Of a DNA stretch of 64,000 nt, positions 45,868 through 57,378 are shown piece by piece. This stretch comes from an uncultured bacterium (lineage in GTDB: Bacteria > Margulisbacteria > WOR-1 > XYC2-FULL-46-14). Each line of letters starts with the position of its first letter. Positions within the stretch are counted from its first letter, which is position 1. Location of the stretch: the NCBI GenBank assembly GCA_964421245.1, contig CAYQVW010000009.1, positions 1,404 to 65,403 of the forward strand, written 5' to 3'. Made by a program: the position numbers and the translations under genes. The notes under the pieces are model-generated. The model did no database searches. It was not told the origin of the DNA and saw only the letters and a program-made list of their open reading frames with translations.

Positions 45868-47004
45868 TCAGAGGAGCTCGGTTTGCGGATTCATCTTTGT
45901 TCCGGGCGGAACAGAGACAGATGCCCCAATATGACAACGATTCGCTACTACAGAAGAAGAGACAGTTGCCCCTTTTCCAAGATAACACCAAGAACCGACG
46001 ATACTCTTTTTAATCTCTACTTCCGATAAAATGATAGAATCAGACCAAATTACGCTCTTTTCTATTTTTGAGTTTTTAGAAATAACAGTTCTATCCCCAA
46101 CAACTACATTTTTAAGACGTACCCCATCCTCAACAACACATCTGTCACCTAAGATCACCGAACCATCAAAATGAGCCGTCTTTGCAACTTTTGTATTCTT
46201 CCCACACCAAATATTTTTTGATATCTTTTTCCCCGGAATACCAACTCTAACTCTGCCATGCATAAGATCCATATTTGCCTTAATATACGCATCAAGTGTC
46301 CCAACATCAGACCAGAAATCAATCATCTTATATCCAAACAACCCTTTTTTCTTTTCTATTAACATTGGAAAGAGCTGTTTGCCAAAATCATAAAACTCGC
46401 CCTCTGGGATCATATCTAGTACTTCTGGCTCAAAAACATATATGCCTGCGTTGACAAGATTACTTAAGGCTTCTTCTTGCTTTGGTTTTTCTTGAAAGGC
46501 CTTAACACTATGATCATCATTTAATACAACTACTCCAAATTGTGTAACCTCTTCTACTGGAGCCAAAGCAATAGTAGCTATTGCCCCCTTTGATTTATGA
46601 TAATCAACCATTTTGCGAAGATTAATATCGGTCAAGGCATCAGAAGACATGACTACAAAAGTATTATCAATATTTAAAATCTCTCTTCCCATACGTCTTA
46701 CCCCACCAGCAGTCCCCATTAGATTTTCTTCATATGAATAGGATAGGGAAATTCCTAATTCTTCACCATCAAAGAAATAGTTCTCAATCTGCTCTGGATG
46801 ATAATGTATGTTACAAACGACCTCTTTGATATTATGTTTCCTAATTAATTCCAAATTATGTTGCATGCAAGGCTTGTTAGCAATCGGCATCATCGGCTTT
46901 GGGACCGCCATTGTTAGGGGTTCGAGGCGGGTACCATAACCAGCTGCCATAACCATGGCACGTATAATATTGGATCGGGACTTTTTCTTCTTTTTAAAGA
47001 TCAT
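45868..47004 (-). CDS. NDP-sugar pyrophosphorylase (mannose-1-phosphate guanylyltransferase / GlmU-like) with C-terminal left-handed beta-helix
   Basis: MVMAAGYGTRLEPLTMAVPKPMMPIANKP (G-x-G-x-R-L nucleotide-binding). C-terminal hexapeptide repeats. Confidence 0.7.
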   Translation of the reverse strand: MIFKKKKKSRSNIIRAMVMAAGYGTRLEPLTMAVPKPMMPIANKPCMQHNLELIRKHNIKEVVCNIHYHPEQIENYFFDGEELGISLSYSYEENLMGTAGGVRRMGREILNIDNTFVVMSSDALTDINLRKMVDYHKSKGAIATIALAPVEEVTQFGVVVLNDDHSVKAFQEKPKQEEALSNLVNAGIYVFEPEVLDMIPEGEFYDFGKQLFPMLIEKKKGLFGYKMIDFWSDVGTLDAYIKANMDLMHGRVRVGIPGKKISKNIWCGKNTKVAKTAHFDGSVILGDRCVVEDGVRLKNVVVGDRTVISKNSKIEKSVIWSDSIILSEVEIKKSIVGSWCYLGKGATVSSSVVANRCHIGASVSVPPGTKMNPQTELL

Positions 47005-47432
47005 TCCTCAATTTTCCTGATGCGACGAGCATGCCGCTCTATTCCAGAAAATTCTGTATTAAGCCACACAGTGATGATTTCATGCGCTTTTTTAGGATCA
47101 AGTTTGCCACCGGCCAAAGTTAAAACATTGACGTTACCATGCTCCCTACTCTGCTTTGCAGTATAGACATCGTAACCTAGTGCAGCACGAACGCCCTTTA
47201 CTTTATTGGCAACAATAGTTACTCCAACTCCAGAGCCACAGAGCAATATTCCTCGATCAGCCTCTCCCTTGGCTACTGCCTCAGCCGCTGGACGGGCATA
47301 ATCTGGATAATCAACTGATTCCTTTGAATGAGTTCCAAAATCGGATACCTCATATCCTTTATCTTTAAGAAATTTTTTAATCTCCTCTTTCATAGGAAAT
47401 CCGGCATGATCTGATGCTAAAGCTATTTTCAT
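47001..47432 (-). CDS. rpiB: Ribose-5-phosphate isomerase B
   Basis: MKIALASDHAGFPMKEEI...GILLCGSGVGVTIVANK matches RpiB/LacAB family. Confidence 0.85.
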   Translation of the reverse strand: MKIALASDHAGFPMKEEIKKFLKDKGYEVSDFGTHSKESVDYPDYARPAAEAVAKGEADRGILLCGSGVGVTIVANKVKGVRAALGYDVYTAKQSREHGNVNVLTLAGGKLDPKKAHEIITVWLNTEFSGIERHARRIRKIEE

Positions 47433-48139
47433 AATAAATCTCTCATCTCCTTTACCGCTTGCCGCATTCCAACAAATACAGCACGGGCAATAACACTAAA
47501 TCCAATATTTAATTCTTCGATTCCTGGAATTTTTATTATCGGTCCAACGTTTTCATAATCTATACCATGTCCGGCATTGATCCGCAAGCCAATTAGACGA
47601 GCTTTTTGAACAGCGGTCCCTATTTTTCTAATTTCTAGTTCCTGTTTTCTATTTCCAAAACAATTTGCATAAGCTCCAGTATGAATTTCGATAAAACGGG
47701 CACCAAGAACAGCCGCCTCTTCTACCTGCTCTAAATCTGGATCAATAAACAAGCTCACATCAATTCCTTTGTCTTGTAATCTATCAATAATCTTCTTGAC
47801 CCTTGACCTTTGACCCTTGACCCTTAAATCCAATCCACCTTCAGTTGTAACTTCCTGTCTCTTCTCAGGAACAAGTGTTACCATCTCAGGTTTGATTTTT
47901 AACGCAATCTTTAACATCTCATCAGTTGCAGCCATTTCTAGATCAAGACGAGTATTAAGTTCTCGAAGTCTTTTTACGTCTTTATCGTTAATATGTCGAC
48001 GATCTTCACGCAAGTGACAAACTATTCCATCAGCCCCTCCAGCAATACATTCTTTAGCTGCGAGAATTGGATCTGGAAAGGCTTCAAGCCTTGCCTGGCG
48101 AAGAGTTGCTATATGGTCAACATTTATTCCTAATCTCAT
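47429..48139 (-). CDS. pdxJ: Pyridoxine 5'-phosphate synthase
   Basis: MRLGINVDHIATLRQAR...GADGIVCHLREDRRHI...HTGAYAN matches PdxJ. Contains in-frame (CTTGACC)4 insertion. Confidence 0.85.
   Translation of the reverse strand: MRLGINVDHIATLRQARLEAFPDPILAAKECIAGGADGIVCHLREDRRHINDKDVKRLRELNTRLDLEMAATDEMLKIALKIKPEMVTLVPEKRQEVTTEGGLDLRVKGQRSRVKKIIDRLQDKGIDVSLFIDPDLEQVEEAAVLGARFIEIHTGAYANCFGNRKQELEIRKIGTAVQKARLIGLRINAGHGIDYENVGPIIKIPGIEELNIGFSVIARAVFVGMRQAVKEMRDLL
47795..47822. repeat. (CTTGACC)4 array inside pdxJ
   Basis: cttgacc cttgacc tttgacc cttgacc; encodes LRVKGQRSRVKKI. Confidence 0.85.
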
Positions 48140-48145
48140 ACTTAT

Positions 48146-48622
48146 TTAAACCTTTTTATGGACTAAACAAACAGCCTGTGCGGAGATTCCCTGACCTTTT
48201 CCGGTAAAACCTAAACCTTCCTCAGTTTTGGCTTTTACATTTATCTGATCCGCTGAAATATTTAAGGCCTTGGCAATATTTTGTACCATCTGCGCAATAA
48301 AGGGAGCAAGCTTCGGAGCCTGACAGACAATGGTTGCATCAATATTGTTGATAGAATATTTTTTTTCTTCTACTAAAAGCTGGACCCTCTCAAGAAGAAA
48401 TATGCTTGAAACATCTTTATATTGCGGATCGGTATCTGGAAAGTGATCCCCAATACTCCCCTCCCCCAATGCACCAATTATTGCATCAATTACTGCATGA
48501 ATTAAGACATCTGCATCAGAATGACCAAGTAATCCTTTTGGAAATGGGATTTCAACCCCACCCAAAATCAATTTGCGCTCTTTTATCAACTTATGAACAT
48601 CATATCCAATTCCTACTCGCAT
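48146..48622 (-). CDS. ispF: 2-C-methyl-D-erythritol 2,4-cyclodiphosphate synthase
   Basis: [11 protein letters not shown]...[42 protein letters not shown] matches IspF. Confidence 0.9.
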   Translation of the reverse strand: MRVGIGYDVHKLIKERKLILGGVEIPFPKGLLGHSDADVLIHAVIDAIIGALGEGSIGDHFPDTDPQYKDVSSIFLLERVQLLVEEKKYSINNIDATIVCQAPKLAPFIAQMVQNIAKALNISADQINVKAKTEEGLGFTGKGQGISAQAVCLVHKKV

Positions 48623-49785
48623 ACTACCCTCACAAATTTTCTTTTTCCAACGTTAATAAGTGCCTCAGGAGCTAATTCAATAATCTCTTTATCATAGCCA
48701 ATCTTATTGTCATTAATCCGGACTCCGCCCTGAGCAATTAAACGCCGAGCCTCCCCTTTTGAAGATGCCATTTCGGCAACAACCAAAAGATCAACAATTC
48801 CCATCTTTTTGTCTTTCACCTTAATTGTTGGAATATCTTGAGGCAATTTCTTCTCTTTAAAGACCGCTTCGAACTCACGCTCTGCTTCCATTGCCTTTTT
48901 CTCATTGTAAAACCGAGCAACCAACGTTTTTGCCAGAATTTTCTTAGCATCTTTTGGATGCATCTTCTTAACTTCCTCAACTGCCATATCGGTTAAAAGA
49001 TGAATATAGCGCATCATTAAACGATCCGAAATTGACATGGTCTTTCCAAAAATCTCAGAAGGAGGATCGGTAACTCCAATATAATTATTTAGAGACTTGC
49101 TCATCTTTTGTGCACCATCTGTCCCTTCTAAGATTGGCATAGTTAAAATAACCTGTGGCTCTTGTCTAAATTCTCGCTGTAATTCTCTACCGACTAAAAG
49201 ATTGAATTTCTGGTCGGTTCCTCCAACCTCAATATCGGCTTTTAGATGAACAGAATCATATCCCTGAATTAATGGATAAAGAAATTCATGCAGGGATATT
49301 GGCCTCTCCTTTTCATAGCGATTCATAAAATCATCTCGCTCAAGCATACGAGCAACGGTGTATTTTCCAGCAAGATTAATAACATCTTTTAATTTTAGGT
49401 TAGAAAGCCAGCAACTGTTATAAACAACCTCGGTTTTTTTAGGATCCAATATCTTAAAAATCTGTTTTTGATAGGTTTTGGCATTTTCTTTCACCTCAAC
49501 TGGTGTTAAGACCGGTCTGGTTTCTGATTTGCCAGTCGGATCCCCAATCATCGCAGTAAAATCTCCAACCAAGAAGATAATCTGATGACCAAGATCTTGA
49601 AATTGTTTTAACTTCTGCAGAATAACCGTATGTCCAATATGAATATCTGGGGCCGATGGATCAGCCCCCCATTTTATTCTAAGTGGCTTGTTCTGTTTTA
49701 ATTTACAGATAAGCTCTTCTTCTGGAATTAATTCAACTGCTCCTTCCTTTATAATGCGCAAATGCCTCTCTACATCTATTTGCAT
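48613..49785 (-). CDS. tyrS: Tyrosine--tRNA ligase
   Basis: HIGH motif ([10 protein letters not shown]), KMSKS motif, C-terminal S4-like domain. Confidence 0.9.
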   Translation of the reverse strand: MQIDVERHLRIIKEGAVELIPEEELICKLKQNKPLRIKWGADPSAPDIHIGHTVILQKLKQFQDLGHQIIFLVGDFTAMIGDPTGKSETRPVLTPVEVKENAKTYQKQIFKILDPKKTEVVYNSCWLSNLKLKDVINLAGKYTVARMLERDDFMNRYEKERPISLHEFLYPLIQGYDSVHLKADIEVGGTDQKFNLLVGRELQREFRQEPQVILTMPILEGTDGAQKMSKSLNNYIGVTDPPSEIFGKTMSISDRLMMRYIHLLTDMAVEEVKKMHPKDAKKILAKTLVARFYNEKKAMEAEREFEAVFKEKKLPQDIPTIKVKDKKMGIVDLLVVAEMASSKGEARRLIAQGGVRINDNKIGYDKEIIELAPEALINVGKRKFVRVVCE

Positions 49786-50828
49786 ATAAACTCCTTTAGG
49801 GATTGTAAAATAATCTTATCCGGGACATCATCCCTAACTTTTACAGAGCCAATACCTTCTGGCAAAACCAATTTGAGCTTGCCCTTGCGCACTTTTTTAT
49901 CGATCATCATTGCCTTAAGAATTCTTTGAGGAGTAAGTTTTTTAACGTAGGTTGGCAATCCTAAATTTCTATTTATATTCCAAATTCTTTCAAGATCATT
50001 GGGATCAAGCATTCCCATTTTAAATGCAATAACACCTGCCGCAACCATTCCAATTGCAACCGCCTCACCATGAGCAATCTTTTTATATTTCAAAAGAGAT
50101 TCAATCGCATGACCAACTGTATGTCCAAAATTTAGAATCATGCGTACTCCCTTAAGTTCCTTTTCATCAGCTTGCACTACATCGGCCTTAATCGCTGCAC
50201 ATTCAAAAATAACCTCCTGCCATAAAGCTGGTGTTAACTTTTTGTTGTTTTCAAAAAGATCAAAAACTCGAGAGCTTCTAATAACACCGTACTTTATAAT
50301 TTCAGCAAGTCCGTTCCTAATCTCCTTTTTGGGCAGGGTCTTTAAAGTATCAACATCAATATAAACAAGTTTTGGCTGATAAAAAGTACCAATCATATTC
50401 TTACACTTTGGATGATCTACCCCGGTCTTTCCACCAATTGAAGCATCTACTTGAGCAAGGAGCGTTGTCGGAACTTGTATAAAGTTAACTCCACGCATGT
50501 AGGTTGAAGCCACAAAACCAGCCAAATCTCCAATCACCCCACCACCTAGTGCAATAATTGTTGCATCTCGAGAAATTTTCCATGAAGCCAGTTTATTCCA
50601 AATCTTTTCAGCAGAAGAAAGAGTTTTGTATCTCTCTCCTCTAGGAATAATGATTTTTCTTGCCCCTTGGCACTTGACCCTTGACCCATAAAGTTTATTA
50701 ACCAATGGATCGGTAATAATTACAACCTGTTTTCCATCTACATATTGAGCAAGCTTTCCCAATATTCCACGATCAATTATAATATCGTAACTTCTATCTT
50801 TTAAACCGACTTTTATTCTTTCGCCCAT
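49776..50828 (-). CDS. aroB: 3-dehydroquinate synthase
   Basis: [46 protein letters not shown] and HGEAVAIGM metal-binding region match AroB. Contains heptamer-repeat insertion. Confidence 0.9.
   Translation of the reverse strand: MGERIKVGLKDRSYDIIIDRGILGKLAQYVDGKQVVIITDPLVNKLYGSRVKCQGARKIIIPRGERYKTLSSAEKIWNKLASWKISRDATIIALGGGVIGDLAGFVASTYMRGVNFIQVPTTLLAQVDASIGGKTGVDHPKCKNMIGTFYQPKLVYIDVDTLKTLPKKEIRNGLAEIIKYGVIRSSRVFDLFENNKKLTPALWQEVIFECAAIKADVVQADEKELKGVRMILNFGHTVGHAIESLLKYKKIAHGEAVAIGMVAAGVIAFKMGMLDPNDLERIWNINRNLGLPTYVKKLTPQRILKAMMIDKKVRKGKLKLVLPEGIGSVKVRDDVPDKIILQSLKEFICK
50659..50686. repeat. (CTTGACC)n-like array inside aroB
   Basis: cttgccc cttggca cttgacc cttgacc; encodes [11 protein letters not shown]. 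Confidence 0.75.
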
Positions 50829-51313
50829 CTTATTATCTCCTCAACTGCTTGATCTAGTGATAAAGTCGACGTATCTACTTTATAGTCACAAACAGAATGA
50901 TAAATAGTCCTTCGATCTTCCAAAAGATTTCTTATTTTAATTTCCTTGTCTCCCTCAATTAAGGGGCGATCTTGCGCGTGCTTGAGACGATCAATAATTA
51001 CCTCTGGTTCCGACCAGAGCAGGACTACTGATCCCAACTTCTTGAGCATTGTAACATTTTCATCACGCAAAATCATTCCGCCGCCGGTTGATATTACAAA
51101 GCCATCATAGTCTTTAAGGGTTTCAATAATATTGGTCTCTAAATCACGGAAATATGCTTCACCCTTTTTGGCAAAAATATCTGAAATCTTAGTCTTTTGT
51201 GTTTTTTCTATTAGAGTATCGGTATCAAGAAAGCTCATGGACAGGCGTTCTGCCAAACGCCGCCCAATGTCTGACTTTCCAGTCCCCATAAATCCAATTA
51301 ATACAATATTCAT
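50813..51313 (-). CDS. aroK: Shikimate kinase
   Basis: NIVLIGFMGTGKSDIGRRLAERL...FLDTD P-loop and shikimate-binding context. Confidence 0.85.
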   Translation of the reverse strand: MNIVLIGFMGTGKSDIGRRLAERLSMSFLDTDTLIEKTQKTKISDIFAKKGEAYFRDLETNIIETLKDYDGFVISTGGGMILRDENVTMLKKLGSVVLLWSEPEVIIDRLKHAQDRPLIEGDKEIKIRNLLEDRRTIYHSVCDYKVDTSTLSLDQAVEEIIRWAKE

Positions 51314-51323
51314 AACTTAATAC

Positions 51324-52145
<822 letters not shown>

Positions 52146-52929
52146 GGAAGATGAAAGTCAATTTTTTGTTCGCGATGTAGAGAGAATAATTTTTCCTCAA
52201 GCATCTCTTTTGTTAAGAAACGGGTTAAATACCCGTTTTCAGCCATTGAAATCGTTCCAGTAGTTTCTGAAACAACAATTATAATTGCATCAGATACTTC
52301 AGACAATCCAACTGAGGCACGATGACGGGTTCCAAGCCTTTTATCCAAAAGACGAGACTCGGATAATGGAAGCAAACAACTGGCACCCAAGACACGATCT
52401 GCTTGAATAATTACTGCTCCATCATGTAAAGGAGACTTTGTTTGAAAAATAGAAAATAAAAGTTCGGCAGAAATCAGAGAGTCTAGGCGGATTCCAGATT
52501 CGAGATATTCATTTAACCCTGTATTTCTCTCCAAAACAATTAATGCTCCAGTCTTGTCTTCTGACAACTGCTCAACCGCTCGAACTAATGCACGGACAAA
52601 AAATGATCCGGCTGGAGCATGAACACCAAAAACCAAACCCTTAAACAATCGGCCACGACCCAGTCTCTCAAGTGTTCTACGAAGTTCTGGCTGGAACAAA
52701 ATTATTACCATAATCAAAAGAACTGCTGCAAACTTATCAAACAACCAGTTGATAGTATAAAGCCCGATCATACGAGCCCCAATATAAAGGACCAAAATTA
52801 TAACAATTCCACGTAATAGAGTTTGGGCTCTAGTTCCACGAAGCCAAAGTAGAACGTAATATAGCAAGACAGAGACAATGGCCATATCCACAACATCCAA
52901 AAATCTTATTGTTATTTCACCAATTACCA

Positions 52930-54231
52930 TTAAATTACATCCTGAGAAACGAGATCTTCATAAGTCTCTCGTTTCAATATTAAATTTGCTTTGCCATTGT
53001 TTACCAGAACCATCGCCGGACGAGGAACCCTATTATAATTTGAAGCCATAGAATGCCCGTAAGCCCCGGTACACATTACAGCCAGTATATCACCTTCAGA
53101 AATTTCTGGAAGTGAACATTCTTTGATTAAAATATCGCCAGATTCACAGAAACGACCTGCAACACGGTATGGCTGTAGAGACTTGCCATGGCAAGTCTCT
53201 ACAGCCTTGTTTACAATTATCGCATCATATTTTGCGTCATACAAAATCGGTCTTGGATTATCAGACATTCCACCATCAATCATTACATACTTTCTTATTC
53301 CAGGAATATCTTTTACATATCCAATTGTGTATAACGTAATTCCGGCTGGAGAGATGATTGATCTGCCCGGCTCAAAGATAATCTTTGGTGAAGCTATATT
53401 TAGCTCTTTGGCTTTTTCGCGAACACGATCTATAACCTTTTCCAATAATTTGGAAACAGCCTCCGGCTTTTCGTTGATATAGGTAACTCCCCATCCACCA
53501 CCAAAATCCAACTCTTTTGCTTCTAGGCCAGTAGCATCTTTAATCTGTTTGGCGTAATCAAAAAGAACATCCGCTTCAGTTACAAATGGATCGATATCTA
53601 AAATCTGAGAACCGATATGAGTATGTAATCCAACAAAATTTATATGTTTAGACTTTGCAACAAATTTTGCGGCGGGAAGAACTTTGTCTTTTTGAATCCC
53701 AAATTTAGAATCAATCTTTCCAGTTTGGATAAATTCGTGAGTATGGGCTTCTATCCCTGGATTTATACGAAATAAAACATTTACACTTTTATTAAGTTTA
53801 TTAGTAACCTGATCAAGATCTCTTAATTCCTTAATACTATCTGCAACAATATTAACACCAGAAGAGACCGCTTCTTCTAATTCTTTTACCGGTTTATTAT
53901 TACCGTGGAGATAGACTTTGGACATATCAGCATTAGCCTTTTTCGCAGTATAAAGCTCGCCACCAGACGAAACATCAAGCCCCATCCCCTCTCCACCAAC
54001 CAACTTCAAAATAGAAATATTACAAAGCGCCTTACTAGCGTATATAACTAACGAATTAGGATACTTTGACTTTAGGGTTGAAACATACTGCCGACAATTA
54101 TGTCGGAGGGTCATTTCGTCAATAACATAAAGAGGGGTTCCAAATTTATTGGCTAAGTCGACACAGTCTACTCCACCAACTTCAAAATGGCCCTTATCGT
54201 TTACTTTTGCTGTTAACGGCTTATTGCTCAT
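52930..54231 (-). CDS. lysA: Diaminopimelate decarboxylase (fold III PLP decarboxylase)
   Basis: N-terminal alanine-racemase-like barrel with YASKA-type PLP-lysine context, GGG loop, C-terminal beta domain, characteristic of LysA. Ornithine/arginine specificity not fully excluded. Confidence 0.7.
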   Translation of the reverse strand: MSNKPLTAKVNDKGHFEVGGVDCVDLANKFGTPLYVIDEMTLRHNCRQYVSTLKSKYPNSLVIYASKALCNISILKLVGGEGMGLDVSSGGELYTAKKANADMSKVYLHGNNKPVKELEEAVSSGVNIVADSIKELRDLDQVTNKLNKSVNVLFRINPGIEAHTHEFIQTGKIDSKFGIQKDKVLPAAKFVAKSKHINFVGLHTHIGSQILDIDPFVTEADVLFDYAKQIKDATGLEAKELDFGGGWGVTYINEKPEAVSKLLEKVIDRVREKAKELNIASPKIIFEPGRSIISPAGITLYTIGYVKDIPGIRKYVMIDGGMSDNPRPILYDAKYDAIIVNKAVETCHGKSLQPYRVAGRFCESGDILIKECSLPEISEGDILAVMCTGAYGHSMASNYNRVPRPAMVLVNNGKANLILKRETYEDLVSQDVI

Positions 54232-54244
54232 TACTCTTTACTAA

Positions 54245-55801
54245 TTACTCCTTAATTAATTTATACTCCATCGAATCAACCAGTGCCTGCCAACTTGCCT
54301 CAATTACGTTAGTTGAAACACCGACTGTTCCCCATGAGCCTTGCTCATCCGCAGACTCAATAATAACACGAACTTTTGCCGCTGTTCCAGCCTGAGAATC
54401 GAGCACTCGAACTTTATAATCTGTAAGTTTAACCTGTTCTATTTCTGGGAAATGTTTTTCTAAAATACCTCTTAGGGCATCATCTAAGGCATTAACCGGA
54501 CCATCACCCTCTCCGGTTGATTCCACAATTTGTCCTTTTACTTTCAACTTAATTCTGGCTTCAACAAAAGTTGGTTCTGATCCTGATTTTGTATTTTGTA
54601 TTTGATAATCAACCAATTCAAAATGAGGCTTTGCTCTTTTAATAGTTTTCTTGACCAATAATTCAAATGAAGCCTCACCTTCTTCAAACTGGTATCCTTG
54701 GTGTTCTAAGTTTTTCAAAATCCTAATTAATTCTTTTGTTTCGGGAGTATCTTTCTTAATATCTACTCCATAATCTTTTGCTTTATAGATTAGATTAGAA
54801 ATACCAGATAGTTCGGAAACTGTTACCCTTCTTTCATTTCCAACCAATTCAGGCTTTATATGTTCGTATGTTTCTGAATTCTTTAGAACTGCCGAAACAT
54901 GAATCCCACCTTTATGAGAAAAAGCAGAACGGCCCACAAAAGGATGATTAGCCGCTTGTGAAAAATTAGCAATTTCAGCGATATGATGAGAAAGTTCAGT
55001 GAGTTTTTTTAGAGAAGCAGAACTAACCCACTTTTTATTCATCTTTAGTTGAAGATTTGGAATTATTGAAGTTAGATCCGCATTGCCGCAACGTTCTCCA
55101 TAGCCATTAATTGTTCCTTGAACATGAACTGCGCCAGATTCAACAGCAATAATAGAATTTGCAACACCACATCCAGAATCGTTATGTGCATGTATCCCTA
55201 ATGGGACACGAATTTTGGGTTTAATCTCCCTAATTATTTCTCCAATTTCATTTGGGATAGTCCCACCGTTAGTGTCACATAGAACTAAATATTTTGCTCC
55301 ACCTTTTTCTGCAGCCCTCAAACATTTAACGGCATATTCGGGATTGGCCTTATATCCATCAAAAAAATGTTCGGCGTCAAATATAACTTCTAGTTTTTTA
55401 GATTTTAAATAGGCTAGAGTATCTTCAATAATTTCCAAATTCTTATCTAAACTAATCTTAAGGGCCTCTTTTACATGAAAATCCCAACATTTGCCAAAGA
55501 TAGCGGCAACTTTAACTTTTGACTCTAGAATTGCCTTGATCGATGGGTCATCTGCTACTTTTAACTTTGCACGACGAGTTGATCCAAAAGCGGTTAATTT
55601 TGAGTTTTTTAGTTTGACTTTTTGAGCTTTCTTGAAAAATTCGATATCTTTTGGATTAGAGCCAGGCCAGCCCCCTTCTATATAATGAACACCAAAATCA
55701 TCGAGCAAACGAAGGATTTTTAGCTTATCTTCTACTGTAAAAGAGATGCCTTCTGTTTGTGCTCCGTCACGCAGGGTTGTATCAAAAAGGGTAATGGTCA
55801 T
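54245..55801 (-). CDS. cimA: (R)-citramalate synthase (LeuA-like)
   Basis: ITLFDTTLRDGAQTEGISFTVEDKLKILRLLDDFGVHYIEGGWPGSNPKD matches the CimA clade of the HMGL-like family. HAHND catalytic motif present. Confidence 0.75.
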   Translation of the reverse strand: MTITLFDTTLRDGAQTEGISFTVEDKLKILRLLDDFGVHYIEGGWPGSNPKDIEFFKKAQKVKLKNSKLTAFGSTRRAKLKVADDPSIKAILESKVKVAAIFGKCWDFHVKEALKISLDKNLEIIEDTLAYLKSKKLEVIFDAEHFFDGYKANPEYAVKCLRAAEKGGAKYLVLCDTNGGTIPNEIGEIIREIKPKIRVPLGIHAHNDSGCGVANSIIAVESGAVHVQGTINGYGERCGNADLTSIIPNLQLKMNKKWVSSASLKKLTELSHHIAEIANFSQAANHPFVGRSAFSHKGGIHVSAVLKNSETYEHIKPELVGNERRVTVSELSGISNLIYKAKDYGVDIKKDTPETKELIRILKNLEHQGYQFEEGEASFELLVKKTIKRAKPHFELVDYQIQNTKSGSEPTFVEARIKLKVKGQIVESTGEGDGPVNALDDALRGILEKHFPEIEQVKLTDYKVRVLDSQAGTAAKVRVIIESADEQGSWGTVGVSTNVIEASWQALVDSMEYKLIKE

Positions 55802-56616
55802 GTAGAAATTATATCACAAATCTCTTTTATAACCCAATCAGGGGTTGAGGCACCAGCAGTTATACCAATTTTGTCTTTTCCAGTAATAAATTCTGGTTTT
55901 AATTCGTCTTTTGTTTGTATCTGATAAGTAGGTGTTTTAGTTTCTGAACACAATTCAGTTAAACGTTTTGTGTTAGCGCTCATCTTGTCTCCAATCACCA
56001 GTACAACATCAACTTTTCGCGCAAGTTCTATAGCAGCTTTCTGTCTCTTTTGGGTCGCACCACAAATTGTCTTATGAACTATTAAATCTTTAACTTTTGA
56101 TTGGAGTATTTGAACAATATTATTAAAATTCTCGTCAGATTGGGTAGTTTGTGCCACTACTCCAACTTTTTCTTTAAGTTGAATTCTATCAAGCTCTTCT
56201 GCGGTTGAAATAACGATCCCCTTCCCCTCAGACCATCCCCGAATACCCTTTACTTCTGGGTGATTTTTATCTCCTACAATGATAAGTTGAAAGCCTTTTT
56301 TAATTACCTCTTTTGCCAATTTTTGCGCACGCTTTACCCACGAACAAGTCGTATCAATTATTTTTAAGTTCTTCTTCTTTGCAGCACTATAAATAGCTGG
56401 TGATACTCCGTGTGCAGAAATTAGTAGTGTCTCTCCATCTTTAATACTCTCAACATCCTTAATAACCTTAATCCCCTGTTGTTCTAGTTTTTCAACCACC
56501 TGCTTATTGTGAACAAGATTACCAAGCATATATATGTTGGAATACTTCTTTGCTTGTTCAAAAGCAGCCGAAACCCCCTCACAAAAACCAGCTGTCTCTG
56601 CTACAAATATTTGCAT
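55798..56616 (-). CDS. ispH: 4-hydroxy-3-methylbut-2-enyl diphosphate reductase
   Basis: FCEGVSAA...GNLVHNKQVV...ICGATQKRQ (Cys ligands of the 4Fe-4S cluster) match IspH/LytB. Confidence 0.85.
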   Translation of the reverse strand: MQIFVAETAGFCEGVSAAFEQAKKYSNIYMLGNLVHNKQVVEKLEQQGIKVIKDVESIKDGETLLISAHGVSPAIYSAAKKKNLKIIDTTCSWVKRAQKLAKEVIKKGFQLIIVGDKNHPEVKGIRGWSEGKGIVISTAEELDRIQLKEKVGVVAQTTQSDENFNNIVQILQSKVKDLIVHKTICGATQKRQKAAIELARKVDVVLVIGDKMSANTKRLTELCSETKTPTYQIQTKDELKPEFITGKDKIGITAGASTPDWVIKEICDIIST

Positions 56617-56700
56617 AGCAATTTTATTTTAACATACTAAATCCAATATAGCTGAAATTTTCTATTTTTTTGATCGATAAGTATATAGGAGGAAAAAGCA

Positions 56701-57378
56701 ATGACAATAATAAGAGGAAATCAACCGATAACACAATTATGGAGAAACAGCGCACGTGTTAATCTTAGAAAAAGCGGAAACTTAGAAAGAAATATAGCAG
56801 CTGCTAGTCAAAGAAAAGTAATGAGAGAATGTTTAGACTTACCCACTATCTCCACTCCGATGGTAGAACTAGAAATTGGAGAAATTTTGCAAAAGGCAGC
56901 ACCAAGCGACAGTGAAGTAAGAAGCATGTTAAACAGAACCAAAAAGATCTATCGAGGAGTGACGGGGCTCACTTTGTCATTTGATAATAATCTATTAGCA
57001 AACATACAAGTAATGCTAAGGATGCCCCAAAAAATTATGGATAAGAGTTTTTCCCACAGAGACCAAATAGACAAATTGAGAGAAAAAGCAGAAAAAATTC
57101 AAGACTACATCCATATACTGGTACTTAGACAGCGACTAGACGAAGGTGGAGAATATTTAAAGACTAAAGTCCCGGTTAGAAAAGTAGGCCTCTTAAGGGC
57201 TTCTTATTTGACCCAACGCCACGCTAGAGAAATATTTGGAAGGGATGAATTGAGGGTCGCCTTAAGTCTAGGGCGTGGCAATGAATCCAGTGGCACAGTA
57301 GGCATCGACACATTTATACATCACTCCGAACCAGGTGTTGCAAAAGCCCTTGAAAAAAGGCTTGATGCTCAGACTTAA
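56701..57378 (+). CDS. Hypothetical 225-aa protein, no recognisable domain, atypical codon usage
   Basis: Plus-strand gene flanked by minus-strand ispH and leuS. Arg (aga/agg) and GC-richer codons. RBS GGAGG 8 nt upstream. Confidence 0.4.
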   Translation: MTIIRGNQPITQLWRNSARVNLRKSGNLERNIAAASQRKVMRECLDLPTISTPMVELEIGEILQKAAPSDSEVRSMLNRTKKIYRGVTGLTLSFDNNLLANIQVMLRMPQKIMDKSFSHRDQIDKLREKAEKIQDYIHILVLRQRLDEGGEYLKTKVPVRKVGLLRASYLTQRHAREIFGRDELRVALSLGRGNESSGTVGIDTFIHHSEPGVAKALEKRLDAQT